Source: a virus (Duplodnaviria; Heunggongvirae; Uroviricota; Caudoviricetes). From it: 53,925 nucleotides of DNA. The DNA lies in the IMG/VR virus record IMGVR_UViG_3300017971_007904. The stretch is one strand, 5' to 3'. The notes below the pieces were generated by a model that made no database searches, was not told where the DNA came from, and was given only the letters and a program-made list of their open reading frames with translations. The translations under genes were made by a program, and so were the position numbers. Below are positions 1-10,267 of the stretch, in pieces. Each line of letters begins with the position of its first letter. Positions within the stretch are counted from its first letter, which is position 1.

Positions 1-2
1 AC

Positions 3-827
3 GAGGTTGCTTCTGCGGTTGGTAAAGGCGCTAAGCATTTGACGCACATCGCTAAAGTTACTCGGGCTCTCCAGGTATCCCCCGCCCAAACCAACAAGCA
101 CTGCGCTTTTCACTGTCAAGTGGAAATTAAGGATTTCAGTCGTGACCGTGCAGCCATCTTGCTTGCTTACTGGTGCAAGATCGAAAAGTGCATGGCTCAA
201 ATGGTGCCTCGCTTGCGGGCGAAGTCAAAGTACTGCAAACCTTTCACGGGGACCAAAGGGTGGCCCTATCTTCGGGAAATTAGATACGCCAGTGATTTCT
301 GGAAGAGTACAAAGCTTAAAGGTCTTGCGGCGAGCGACAAGAGAAATTCGATTACTCTAGTGAATTTCCAACGCACGCTTTCTACGTCCTACCAGTGGGA
401 GAACTTCCATCGGCCTACTGTTGAACTCCGGTATCCAGAAAGTTCTCTGAGGTCGTATGACACAAAGAATTGGACTCGTCTTTTTGTGCATTTCGTTGAA
501 TCGTGCAACCAGCGTCATTTTCCTAACGATTTGGAACCTGTCGGTCTGAGAGAGATGCTGATCATTTTGGGACTCAAAGACGACAAGCGGTTCGCAATCC
601 TGAGTCCTGGTCTTTTCGAGACGAAGTTCTGGCTGTTACACCGGCTGAACCTATACGCCAAGGACAAATCACTTCGTAGCGATGTTCTGGAAGAAGCTCG
701 TTTGATGAATAATGATGAAATTGATTGGTTGTTCGATTTTCCTAAAGTTACACCCCCCTCGGTGACGAAACCTAAGAATAGGAGGACTATCAAGTCTAAA
801 ACCCTTGGGGTAGCGTCTCACCATTGA
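3..827 (+). CDS. Putative amidoligase enzyme (5' partial; frame open to window start)
   Basis: CAFHCQVE resembles the CGxHVH motif and TVELR resembles the TVEFR motif of the phage/bacterial amidoligase-2 family. Confidence 0.7.
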   Translation, partial: EVASAVGKGAKHLTHIAKVTRALQVSPAQTNKHCAFHCQVEIKDFSRDRAAILLAYWCKIEKCMAQMVPRLRAKSKYCKPFTGTKGWPYLREIRYASDFWKSTKLKGLAASDKRNSITLVNFQRTLSTSYQWENFHRPTVELRYPESSLRSYDTKNWTRLFVHFVESCNQRHFPNDLEPVGLREMLIILGLKDDKRFAILSPGLFETKFWLLHRLNLYAKDKSLRSDVLEEARLMNNDEIDWLFDFPKVTPPSVTKPKNRRTIKSKTLGVASHH

Positions 828-1462
828 TCACAGGTATGTTGATGCGGTCCATCGAAGAGCGGAACAAGCTCGTTGAAGAGCATTTGGAGTTGGCCGAAGG
901 TCTGGCACGAAAGAAGCACAGGGCGGTACACAAAACCATTCAGTTGTTTGAGTTAGTATCAGCCGCCTACATGGGCTTAGTGGATGCTGCGGATCGATAC
1001 GAGACACATAAAGTTCATGCGGACGCTAAGCGCCCGTTTGAGACGTATGCGACTTGGCGTATTCAAGGGGAGATGAATGATTTCCTGCGAGAGTGGGCTT
1101 GGGGTACAAGGGATGAGCCCGAGTATATGGGGTCAATCGATAGGCCGATATCATCCGGCGACGATCCCGAATCTCGTGAAACCCGTTGGTTGAGAGATTT
1201 GATCGTTGCTAGTGATTTACTACCTTTCGATGAACTCAACGGTCCCGAACTATTCGACAAACTGATTCGTGGGCTTACGCCGAAGGTGAAGCGGATATTT
1301 CAGCTTCGCTTTCTGGAAAACATGACGATGAAAGAGGTCGCAGACGCCGTGGAGGTAAGTGAGTCACGAGTGTCGCAAATACTTAGTCACGAAACCCAGT
1401 ACCTGCGTCGGGTCTGGACAGATCGTGAGGATGAATTGTGGGAAGAGCTTCCAACAGGATAA
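824..1462 (+). CDS. RNA polymerase sigma factor, FliA/WhiG (sigma-28)-like
   Basis: Region 2 FETYATWRIQGEMNDFLRE; region 4 HTH MTMKEVADAVEVSESRVSQI; start could also be ATG 836 or 842. Confidence 0.9.
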   Translation: MITGMLMRSIEERNKLVEEHLELAEGLARKKHRAVHKTIQLFELVSAAYMGLVDAADRYETHKVHADAKRPFETYATWRIQGEMNDFLREWAWGTRDEPEYMGSIDRPISSGDDPESRETRWLRDLIVASDLLPFDELNGPELFDKLIRGLTPKVKRIFQLRFLENMTMKEVADAVEVSESRVSQILSHETQYLRRVWTDREDELWEELPTG

Positions 1463-1478
1463 CAAGAATTGGAGCGAG

Positions 1479-2420
1479 ATGATGAGTAAAAGACTTCTAT
1501 CGGTGGTAGTTTTCCTATGCGCAATGGTTTGCCTCCCGGCCTTCAGCATTGCCGAGGTCCCGATGAAGACCACGGTGATTGAATCCAGTGTCGTACCGGA
1601 GCTACCCGAGGAATACCGAGACTGGCGATGGCACCTTGTCGAGACCCCCAACTTTGAAATCCTTGCCATTGATTTGGAGGATGCCGAAGCGATGTATCAT
1701 CGGGTTGAAGCTTTGAGGTCATGGGGTTATCATCGTTGGGGCTTCCGAGATCACCAATATGCTCACAAGTGTATGATCCTTTGTGTTCCATCACAGAGCG
1801 TCTTCCAGAAATGGTTCCGTAGGGCAAATGTCGACCCTAGGTTGACTAAGTCTAAAAGGGTCGATGAAAATACAGGTGAGGTTGTCGATCAGGAGGTGTT
1901 CGCTATCTGGATAGCGGGTGAGGGTGATTACTTACGATCTGTGCTCCCCGAGAAGATCGGACGAGTGAACCTCATGAACTACGAGAAGCTCACAGGTAAC
2001 AAGCTGAGCAAATGGGCGCATGTTGGTATGTCCGCCCTCAACAACGATGTCGGGACGCTACGGGTCATGCTCAGCACTTTTCCGCTGGAGCGTACTTACA
2101 AGCCTTCTGACGTATTCGGTAAGGATTTACCACTCGTGACACCACAAGCTAAAGCGGACTTCCGAAAACGTGCCGCAATAACGTGCCTAATGCTACGTAA
2201 GCTTCATGGCGGTAGTGAACAATTCATGACATTTACTTTGAAGGCGTCCGCCGGGGGTCCGGAAAAAGCTCTGGCAGTTTACGGTTTCAAAGGGTACGAT
2301 GATTTCGGGCCTAACTATGATAGGTATATTAAGAACCTGTCATTTGACATCCGCAATGACCGCACCCCAGATATGGGACTAACGTGGTTTCTCCCACGGA
2401 AGGGGACTGTGTTACGGTAG
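1479..2420 (+). CDS. Hypothetical secreted protein
   Basis: GGAG SD before ATG 1479; signal-peptide-like N-terminus MMSKRLLSVVVFLCAMVCLPAFSIA. Confidence 0.7.
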   Translation: MMSKRLLSVVVFLCAMVCLPAFSIAEVPMKTTVIESSVVPELPEEYRDWRWHLVETPNFEILAIDLEDAEAMYHRVEALRSWGYHRWGFRDHQYAHKCMILCVPSQSVFQKWFRRANVDPRLTKSKRVDENTGEVVDQEVFAIWIAGEGDYLRSVLPEKIGRVNLMNYEKLTGNKLSKWAHVGMSALNNDVGTLRVMLSTFPLERTYKPSDVFGKDLPLVTPQAKADFRKRAAITCLMLRKLHGGSEQFMTFTLKASAGGPEKALAVYGFKGYDDFGPNYDRYIKNLSFDIRNDRTPDMGLTWFLPRKGTVLR

Positions 2421-2448
2421 ATCATTTTTAGGGTAAAAGGAGAACGCT

Positions 2449-2736
2449 ATGGGATGTTTTAGTATCTTGATGTGGATCATATTCGGGGCCATTGTTGGAG
2501 CAATAGCCCGTCTGATATATCCTGGTGACGAGAAGTTGAACTTCGCAGGAACCATTTTCCTCGGTGTCATTGGCTCGTTTGTGGGTGGCGCAATCAACTG
2601 GTTGCTGGGCTGGGGGGACTCATTGATCTCTGGATCGGGGTTTATCATGTCCATAATCGGTGCCGTCATCGCCTGCGCTTTATGGGTAAATAAGTCCACA
2701 ATCCGCAGTTGGATTAGAGACAAGACCGGGATGTGA
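2449..2736 (+). CDS. GlsB/YeaQ/YmgE (transglycosylase-associated) membrane protein
   Basis: WIIFGAIVGAIAR...TIFLGVIGSFVGG...GFIMSIIGAVI pattern; AAGGAG SD. Confidence 0.9.
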   Translation: MGCFSILMWIIFGAIVGAIARLIYPGDEKLNFAGTIFLGVIGSFVGGAINWLLGWGDSLISGSGFIMSIIGAVIACALWVNKSTIRSWIRDKTGM

Positions 2737-2741
2737 GATGA

Positions 2742-2969
2742 ATGGATTCTGAGATTGTCTCAAGCCTCAAAAAACGTTATGCTAACATACCGCCATTCGT
2801 TCTGAACCGATCTATTGAGCGAGCTAAGAGTGTTGGCGAATTGTTTGATATTCTGGATACGATTCCCGAGTTACCAATTTGTTGGGATAGCGAGGAAAGG
2901 CGATGGGTTCGCACCCCCTTACTATCAGGCCCTCCCCGGTCATCTAAGTCACAGAGATCAGAGAAATGA
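2742..2969 (+). CDS. Hypothetical protein
   Basis: ORF tightly packed between neighbours, ATGA overlap with next gene. Confidence 0.6.
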   Translation: MDSEIVSSLKKRYANIPPFVLNRSIERAKSVGELFDILDTIPELPICWDSEERRWVRTPLLSGPPRSSKSQRSEK

Positions 2970-3607
2970 ATTTGGCTGAGGAATACTGCAAGCGACACAG
3001 CTTGCGCTGTCCGGTTATCAAAAGGGCGGACAGTAGTTTGAATCTCATCTTCCGTGCTAACTATCAAACGTGGTTATCACACTGGGTCGTTTTCCAGATA
3101 CAGAAGCATCATGAAAGCTACCACCCTTCGTTCTACTATTTCAACTGGTTGATCCCACAACACAACGGTTCTTTCCACGGGGGGCCACTCAGTAACCTTT
3201 CAAACTCGATACGTGTTGATTGGGATAACTACGACATCGAAATCATCAAAGCCGCTCAGCGTGATGATGGCATTGTCCCCGTGGGCAATCTAGCAGAAGC
3301 TAAGTTGGCGGCGTGGCAGATATTCCTTTTCTGCGCCGACGAAAAAATTGCTACGCTCCCCATGGACATCAGGTGCTTGATCTACGAGTCGGTCGCCAAG
3401 GATACCTCCCTTGAAGATCAAATGGTCTGTCAGCAAGCCGTTATTGATTACTTCTACAACAGTGGTTCTAACCTTGTAAGCAGATGGGATAATATTCGCA
3501 CCTATTGCGATCCGGCTAATTATGGCAGTTGGCTCGCAGACCTTGTTGTTCAGATGCGAGACCCGGATTATCGGGACGAGTTCAGTGACATGCAAAGTGT
3601 CGCCTGA
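2966..3607 (+). CDS. Hypothetical protein
   Basis: 213-aa ORF, coupled to upstream gene. Confidence 0.7.
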   Translation: MNLAEEYCKRHSLRCPVIKRADSSLNLIFRANYQTWLSHWVVFQIQKHHESYHPSFYYFNWLIPQHNGSFHGGPLSNLSNSIRVDWDNYDIEIIKAAQRDDGIVPVGNLAEAKLAAWQIFLFCADEKIATLPMDIRCLIYESVAKDTSLEDQMVCQQAVIDYFYNSGSNLVSRWDNIRTYCDPANYGSWLADLVVQMRDPDYRDEFSDMQSVA

Positions 3608-3619
3608 CGGGAGGTGTGA

Positions 3620-4849
3620 GTGATGCACCCACGCTACCATGACGATGAATACACACAAGAAGACTGGATGTGGTACCAGCATGGTTATGGACTCCCCCCA
3701 CCTATCCACTATTCCGCCGTCGAGATTGATGATGTCGAATCGAAGGGTGATCCGTTAATTGGTAACGAAGCGGTCGTTCTCTACGAAGATTACGTGCGCC
3801 CACCGCAGCGACGTACTATCTCCCACAGTTCGCTATATGACAATCCGAGAACAGCAGTAGGTCTTCCTAAAGCTGAAGAGTTTGGTGCTCATGAGGCTAC
3901 GCTGGTGAAGGACTCCTTGTTGAATCCGCAAAACGGTAGCATCGTTTATGCAAATGATCCTGTTACGATTAGGATGTATTCGCATCACCAATGTTGTGAC
4001 CCTGAGGCGTGGGTGTTTTTCGCCTGTTACAACTTGGATGTATGGCAGGGTCCCAGAAAACAACGAACCAAAGACGGCTCACCAGAATATCAGTATTCTT
4101 GGCAGGCGTTTCGAGCTAACATCAAAGTGGGTGCCTCATGGGGTTTCGTCCAATTCTTTCAATCGGCTAAGAATGGTGCCAAGTCAAACCAAGGGCTCAT
4201 ACCATATGGAACGGTGCGCACGGTTTTTCTATGCCGAACAGCGGAGCGTTATGCATCGAGTCGATTCTATCCACCAGTGATGGCGATCAAACCAGAAGCG
4301 GCGCAAACGTATGTACCACTTCAAGCCAATCAGGTTCTACAGCTTATTACATCGGACATGTGCAATGTTCAGATGCCCACAGTAGCCGATTATCCCGCAG
4401 TCAGACTTACGACGAAACATGCCCCGGCGATTGGCGAGCGAGTGTGTCACTACTTCAAATGTCATTATACTCCCGTTCACTGTTACCCGATCTTCTTCAG
4501 CGCCAAAGACACACAGCGACAAGGGGCGGTCATCGTTCCCAGCCTGGAGCATGATAGTGGTAGGTTTGCTGATAAGGCTGTTTACGCTGTTGTTCACAGC
4601 CCGATGGAGGGTTTGGAGTTCTATGCCAACAATGTGGATGGCATTATCTTCAGAACGAGTGATCCACTCTTTGAGAACTTTTCGATCTATCTTGACTCTC
4701 AGTGTAAGCTTAAGATAGAATCGAAGAGTCGCTTCCATCATACCGATGGGCCTGAGGCGTTTGACATCAAGATGCGGATTATGGATAAAAACCTCAAGAA
4801 GCTGAAATTCACGAACCTGTTTGATCCACATGCCTGCAAAGTCACCTAA
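3620..4849 (+). CDS. Hypothetical protein
   Basis: 409-aa ORF with GGAGGT SD. Confidence 0.75.
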   Translation: MMHPRYHDDEYTQEDWMWYQHGYGLPPPIHYSAVEIDDVESKGDPLIGNEAVVLYEDYVRPPQRRTISHSSLYDNPRTAVGLPKAEEFGAHEATLVKDSLLNPQNGSIVYANDPVTIRMYSHHQCCDPEAWVFFACYNLDVWQGPRKQRTKDGSPEYQYSWQAFRANIKVGASWGFVQFFQSAKNGAKSNQGLIPYGTVRTVFLCRTAERYASSRFYPPVMAIKPEAAQTYVPLQANQVLQLITSDMCNVQMPTVADYPAVRLTTKHAPAIGERVCHYFKCHYTPVHCYPIFFSAKDTQRQGAVIVPSLEHDSGRFADKAVYAVVHSPMEGLEFYANNVDGIIFRTSDPLFENFSIYLDSQCKLKIESKSRFHHTDGPEAFDIKMRIMDKNLKKLKFTNLFDPHACKVT

Positions 4850-7800
4850 ACCGTTGAAGCTTATCAACCCGTCCGAAGAGAATACGGTGCGGTTGCAATA
4901 TGCGCAGCGGCTCAATCTCACCTTGTATGATCCCCGTGAGTTGAAATACCCTGAAGGTTCCCAGTGGGTCGTCCATGTCGAAGGACACTACTTAAAGAAA
5001 ACCCTGCGAAATGATACACACGGCGACGATGGCACCACTACCAAGATCACTATTGATCAAGACAAAACGAGAAGTTGTTGGCAAGAGTTGTCCCATACGT
5101 TTCTCGGTAACATCTACATAGCTCTTAAGCTTCCGGATCAAGACAAACTTGTTCGCTTCTCATGCGTCGTCGTCTTCTTAGATTGTCGCAACTCTAATCG
5201 TCAAAATATCGTGACAGTGATCGATCCGATCTCTACGACTGAGGTTAGGCAGTTGGTTAAGGTAGAGCCTCGACAAGTGCTCGAAGTCGTAGTCACCGAC
5301 CAGGATGCTTTTGAAAGGTTGGCGTGGCGAGCGTACCCGCTTCCGTTACGACTTGGTGACGCTTACTTGATGGAACAATTCCATTATGAGTTCCTGCCGA
5401 TTGGTGAGTTGACAGGTTCTGTTAGCTATCACGGAGATAAGCCTTACTACTGTGAGCGACGAGTTTACACAGGGGATGACGAAATTGTACCATTAGGCGA
5501 ACACCACTTCTTTTTCGGGTTTCAGAATCTTGACCCCGCCGCAGTACAGCGATTGCCCAACGGGTGCCACTTGGCGTGTGCCATCACGATGGTCGGAAAG
5601 GGTACGGCCAGGAAAGGTCGTGTGAAAGACCAGCGTCTTGTGGTCGGCTTGACTTTGCGGAAAGCGATTCGTCGTCGAGAGGCAGCGTTGTTACGTGCCC
5701 CAAAGGCAGAGGTGCCAACTTTCAAACCTAGGGAAAGGTTGGAAGACTCGGTAGAGCGACGATTGGTTAACCCCCGTAAAACCGAACAGATTTACTTGGC
5801 GGGCGATGGCGATTGTTTTACAATCGACATCGCCACACCCTCGGTCTACTACCCAAAGGCTTCTGATAAAGTCAAAGCCTATTGGCGGTTCCGAGTTGAA
5901 TCTGCGCACCGATCTAACAAGCATGTGCATTGCATAGAGGTGGAAGCCCATTCGGGTAAGTGGATCAACGATTACCATTACCAGCGATTCACAATTAGCT
6001 TAAATCGTTCTCCTCAGGTCGAGGGAGAGCGGATGTTGGGCAAGGTGGTTTTGTTCTGTAAGGATTTGGACGGCACCATCACCGACCCTAACATAACGCT
6101 CTACATTCTCCTGAATCGCAACCGTGTTGAAAGAGACACCAATCCCAAGATCAGTTCTAGCTTCCAGCAGATGAGGATTGGTTCAGAGGTGTACAACATA
6201 AGCAATAGGAGCGCCGTTTCGAGTAGCGAAAACCCTGTAGAGTCGACCTATTGCCGAGGCACGCAAACCAAACAAAAGAAACGTAATAAGCGATCCAACC
6301 TCGCCCTCAAGAACGAACATCAACTGGAGTATTGGGAAGTTGAGATTGAGGACAAGGGGAATGATCTAACGGCTGGCGAGAAAATCGAGTACCTTTCCAA
6401 TGTTACGTTTGCGTCGGACTTCGATTACAGCGAAGACCCAGATTCCGAATATTATAGCATGGGTGCTTTTATGGAGCACCGGGCGATGTGCAATCGCCTA
6501 GGCAGACGCAACAAGGAAGTCATTGATGCGGAATTTGCTGTGATTGAGGAAGAAAGCAAAAAAAAAAGATCAAGCGGCAACGGCGGGCTTTGCGAAAACA
6601 ACAGCAGCGGGAAGAGCGACTCAGGCGACGGGATCAGCGAGAGTCCAAACGGGAGCACCGAAAGCAGAAGACAAAACGAAAGAAGGACCGGTATCTCAAT
6701 TCCCGACGCTAAGCCGCCGTGTGAACTCTACTGGCCGCAGAACCGTCAGTTCATTACGCTGGAACGTGGTAGGCCCTTCGTTGTGTATCTCCTTTTACCG
6801 AAGGGTGAGTTCAAATCTTCTGCGTTGCGGAAACAATGGACCCCGAACATAGTGAATACCAAGGAGAAGGATGGCTTCCGCCTTTGGATGGAATCCACCC
6901 AGGTTAAGGAATCTGAGGATGGCGGCTTGAAGGGATTCCCCTATCAGGAGATCAGAATCCTACCACTTTCACCGAGGGGTGCAGAACCGGGCCGGTATCG
7001 CATTGGTTCTTTGAAATTGGACGACGGCGATGGCAATATCAAGATGATCACTTTTGATCTGGATGTCAAGGGTGGTGACCGAGAGGACCTCCGCTATTGG
7101 AAGAACTACTACTCTACCCTCATCCGATCTCGTTGCATCAACTTCGGTAAGACAGCGAAGATCAGACCTTCCTCCGTTGAGAACCGCACAACATTGATCG
7201 ACCCCATAGGGACAACGACTGATATTCCGGTTAATGATTGGCACGAGCTTGAGATCATCTTGACCAAACCCCACACGTTTAGCGACAGCGGTGTTTGGAT
7301 GATCCACGCCCACATGCTCAAAGGGGAGATCGTCTGCCTCGATGCCTCGGAACACTACTTGTTCTCTGGCGAAAAAATTCACAGATACCTCTACCGAATA
7401 GATCGTAAAGATGATCTGCTGTTCGGTGAGATCAAAATCTCTTGGGATGGCGAAGATACAAATACCCGTATCTGTCCATACTACGATGAGGTCGCCGCCG
7501 ATAACCGTGACGGCCAGATCGTCCCAAAGACTAGCAGCGTGCGTGTTGTCGGCGATGTTAAGGATGATACCAAGGTAAGGTTTGAAGACTGGAACGACGG
7601 CGAACATATCACGATCTTCCCCACAGATCGTGTTTACATCCAGGTGCCCGAGACGACTCCCCACTTAGCAGCGAGTCACCGACTCGCTGCTAAGTGGGCT
7701 CGCTGGCACGTAGAACTCGAAGAGGTCATTATCGAGAATGAAGTGTGGGCGAAGCTACCGGAAGGGCTTCGGGATGAAGTGGACCCCCTAGCTCCTTACT

Positions 7801-8363
7801 ATGACTATGTCGGCCTGTTCTCCTCCGGGGACACACCTTGGCAGGCTAAGGAGTTCGTTCTTCGCCCGTTGATCGAAACCCAGCCGTACATCTACGAGAT
7901 CATCGATACGTTGCGTGAGCACTATGGTCCCCAGCGTGGCTACCCGATGGCTGTAGCGACATTCGAGCACAAGATTGGAAACGAGTTTACCATCCGGCGC
8001 ACGGTGCATATCGATGTGGGTGATCCGGAGTTCGGGGCGAATGATACCGCCTGTACCGTGTTAGACAACCCCGCCGACAACAAGAAGTTCACCGTCGACA
8101 ACGAAGCCACCGTTAGTATTAGGCTTCCTTACAAGTGGCGGAAGTGGAACTCTCAGAAAATGGAGCATGTTCGCTGGCGGTGCTGTGAGATACCGAATTG
8201 GCTTGTACGCCTGGATTACGAGGATGATCACGAGAACGATAGGGAGGTCTACAATTTCAGGACAGAGCTTAGTCCCGGTACCTATAAGTCTACAGGGAAG
8301 CTCTGCTTCGATTGCGGTGACGGGTATCTTCAGAAGAAGCTACTCCTGGTTTGCATTAGATAG
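4821..8363 (+). CDS. Large hypothetical protein with repeated beta-rich modules
   Basis: 1180-aa ORF; recurring xIT(L/V)xxxxx(F/V)xIxLP...W pattern. Confidence 0.75.
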   Translation: MIHMPAKSPKPLKLINPSEENTVRLQYAQRLNLTLYDPRELKYPEGSQWVVHVEGHYLKKTLRNDTHGDDGTTTKITIDQDKTRSCWQELSHTFLGNIYIALKLPDQDKLVRFSCVVVFLDCRNSNRQNIVTVIDPISTTEVRQLVKVEPRQVLEVVVTDQDAFERLAWRAYPLPLRLGDAYLMEQFHYEFLPIGELTGSVSYHGDKPYYCERRVYTGDDEIVPLGEHHFFFGFQNLDPAAVQRLPNGCHLACAITMVGKGTARKGRVKDQRLVVGLTLRKAIRRREAALLRAPKAEVPTFKPRERLEDSVERRLVNPRKTEQIYLAGDGDCFTIDIATPSVYYPKASDKVKAYWRFRVESAHRSNKHVHCIEVEAHSGKWINDYHYQRFTISLNRSPQVEGERMLGKVVLFCKDLDGTITDPNITLYILLNRNRVERDTNPKISSSFQQMRIGSEVYNISNRSAVSSSENPVESTYCRGTQTKQKKRNKRSNLALKNEHQLEYWEVEIEDKGNDLTAGEKIEYLSNVTFASDFDYSEDPDSEYYSMGAFMEHRAMCNRLGRRNKEVIDAEFAVIEEESKKKRSSGNGGLCENNSSGKSDSGDGISESPNGSTESRRQNERRTGISIPDAKPPCELYWPQNRQFITLERGRPFVVYLLLPKGEFKSSALRKQWTPNIVNTKEKDGFRLWMESTQVKESEDGGLKGFPYQEIRILPLSPRGAEPGRYRIGSLKLDDGDGNIKMITFDLDVKGGDREDLRYWKNYYSTLIRSRCINFGKTAKIRPSSVENRTTLIDPIGTTTDIPVNDWHELEIILTKPHTFSDSGVWMIHAHMLKGEIVCLDASEHYLFSGEKIHRYLYRIDRKDDLLFGEIKISWDGEDTNTRICPYYDEVAADNRDGQIVPKTSSVRVVGDVKDDTKVRFEDWNDGEHITIFPTDRVYIQVPETTPHLAASHRLAAKWARWHVELEEVIIENEVWAKLPEGLRDEVDPLAPYYDYVGLFSSGDTPWQAKEFVLRPLIETQPYIYEIIDTLREHYGPQRGYPMAVATFEHKIGNEFTIRRTVHIDVGDPEFGANDTACTVLDNPADNKKFTVDNEATVSIRLPYKWRKWNSQKMEHVRWRCCEIPNWLVRLDYEDDHENDREVYNFRTELSPGTYKSTGKLCFDCGDGYLQKKLLLVCIR

Positions 8364-9317
8364 CATCCACTTGATCGTATCGTCGATCTTGTGGAGTGAA
8401 ACCCTCTGCCCTACCTCGTTGTACATAATCCCGTGTGGGGCCATACGATAGCGTGTATCGTGTCCCGGCCTCGAAGATGGGGTAATCTTCGCTTTCTTGT
8501 CCAAAGCCCTCTCTACGGCCTCTAGGACCTCCAGAATGGACATCTCCTGGTTGGACGTGAGGTTGAATATGGCATTCATCTCACTTTCCAGTACCCGCTC
8601 CAGTAGAGGAGCCACATCTCGCACGTCCATGTACTCCCTCGTGTTCGTTCCCCCGTCGTAGATCGGCATCTCTTCGCCATTCTGGATACGGTCGATGAGC
8701 CGGGGTAGGAGCTTTGTGGTGGCCTGTCGTTGCCCGATGATGTTGCACATGCGCACTTCTTGCATATTCAGGCCATATGTGTTGGCGTAAGCCCAACACA
8801 TATGGCCACCAGCGGCCTTACTGGCGCTGTAGGGGTTGGCCGGTTGGATGACCATTTCCGGCGTACACCATTCGTTGCGGGAGCCGTAGACTTCGTCTGT
8901 GTTGATATACAAGAATTGTTTACATCCCCAATTTCGTGCGAACTCTAGCATGGCGAGAGTCCCATTGACATTGGAGTGTAGGAATGCCTTCTGGTTGTGG
9001 ATGGACTTATCTACGTCGGATTCTGCGGCGGCGTGGATAATGATGTCTGGCCCACGGCCCTTTTCGGAGATTTCATCCCCAGAGTGGCAATCAAGGTTTG
9101 GATCGCCATGGGCTAGCCATTGCAACTCAAAGCTGTTGATGTCGGCCTTGATGAGGGTAATCTCGGAATCTTTCCACTCCTCCTCAAGTTCCGGGTGGCT
9201 TCCTGCCGATACATTATCTATGACAGTTACTTTGTGTCCACGAGAGGCAAAGTATTCGGTGACGTGTGAGAAGATGAATCCCAGACCACCAGTAATGAGG
9301 ATGTGTTTCGATTTCAT
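8340..9317 (-). CDS. NAD-dependent epimerase/dehydratase, dTDP-glucose 4,6-dehydratase (RmlB)-like
   Basis: ILITGGLGFI, HAAAESDVDKSI, INTDEVYG, PYSASKA motifs. Confidence 0.9.
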   Translation of the reverse strand: MKSKHILITGGLGFIFSHVTEYFASRGHKVTVIDNVSAGSHPELEEEWKDSEITLIKADINSFELQWLAHGDPNLDCHSGDEISEKGRGPDIIIHAAAESDVDKSIHNQKAFLHSNVNGTLAMLEFARNWGCKQFLYINTDEVYGSRNEWCTPEMVIQPANPYSASKAAGGHMCWAYANTYGLNMQEVRMCNIIGQRQATTKLLPRLIDRIQNGEEMPIYDGGTNTREYMDVRDVAPLLERVLESEMNAIFNLTSNQEMSILEVLEAVERALDKKAKITPSSRPGHDTRYRMAPHGIMYNEVGQRVSLHKIDDTIKWMLSNANQE

Positions 9318-9334
9318 ACCTTAGGAGAGTTAGA

Positions 9335-10267
9335 TTGCCCGGAATTAGGTGGAGTGAGAGAGAGCTAGATACTTTGCGATTGCTGTATTACGATTCTGAG
9401 AAAGAATCGCTTCTTCGTTTACTGCCGCATAGATCATGGTCTGCTATTATACAGACAGCACGTAGACTAAACCTTAATCGTTCTCACCAATTTCGGAGAG
9501 CTAGTGATCTATCGGTGTTGTTGGACCGATCACCAGAATCATACTACTGGATGGGATTTATCATGGCTGACGGATGCATTCGGGCTCGTCACCGTTTGGA
9601 AATAGTTTCGTCTAAGAGAGATAAATCGCATTTACAGGAATTGGCTGATTATATCTGCTTAACAAAACCATTAAGAGAGAATAGAGATGGTAATTTCCTA
9701 CTCACTGCCAGGAATGTTGAGGTAATACCACGATTGAGGTGTCAATTTGATCTTCATGTAAATAAGACCTATCATCCCCCAAGTAAATTGCCACCGGGTA
9801 ATGATAATCTGTTCGTATCGTATGTGATTGGTTTTATTGATGGTGATGGTAATATCCAAATGAGGGGCGGTGGCCGAACCGATTGTTTCATACGAATTAA
9901 GCTGCATAGTAGTTGGTTGAGGTATCTAGCGATGCTACATGACCGGGTATGTGGTCTATTGGATTTGTCTGCGCCTGTACCGAAGATTAACGGATGTGGC
10001 TATGCCGAGCTTTGTTGGCACAATATGAAGATCGTGCGTTATTTAGCAACACAGTCCCAAAGGCTAGACTTGCCAAGCCTCCGGAGAAAATGGTCTAAGA
10101 TAGACACTACTAGAATAAGCAGATACGAACAAGCTGAGGTCAATAAAGAAGCTGTAACGGTCATGCTTCGGGCAGCTTATTCAGTCAAAGAGATGGCTTC
10201 TAAATTGCAACTAAGTGATTCGGCCATATACAGAATCATCAATCGTAATAATTTGAGAAAATCATGA
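9335..10267 (+). CDS. Free-standing double-motif LAGLIDADG homing endonuclease
   Basis: YYWMGFIMADG and YVIGFIDGDG motifs; N-terminal WSERE..L repeat; C-terminal HTH. Confidence 0.85.
   Translation: MPGIRWSERELDTLRLLYYDSEKESLLRLLPHRSWSAIIQTARRLNLNRSHQFRRASDLSVLLDRSPESYYWMGFIMADGCIRARHRLEIVSSKRDKSHLQELADYICLTKPLRENRDGNFLLTARNVEVIPRLRCQFDLHVNKTYHPPSKLPPGNDNLFVSYVIGFIDGDGNIQMRGGGRTDCFIRIKLHSSWLRYLAMLHDRVCGLLDLSAPVPKINGCGYAELCWHNMKIVRYLATQSQRLDLPSLRRKWSKIDTTRISRYEQAEVNKEAVTVMLRAAYSVKEMASKLQLSDSAIYRIINRNNLRKS

Noticed and set aside
6544-6852. A10 run at 6558-6567 as a frameshift or assembly error with an alternative +1 ORF
   Set aside because: The main frame stays open through the run and is needed to reach the next repeat module; nothing supports use of the +1 frame
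9335-10267. Intron hosting the LAGLIDADG gene
   Set aside because: The flanking genes are intact and divergent or coupled, and no intron core is visible; treated as free-standing
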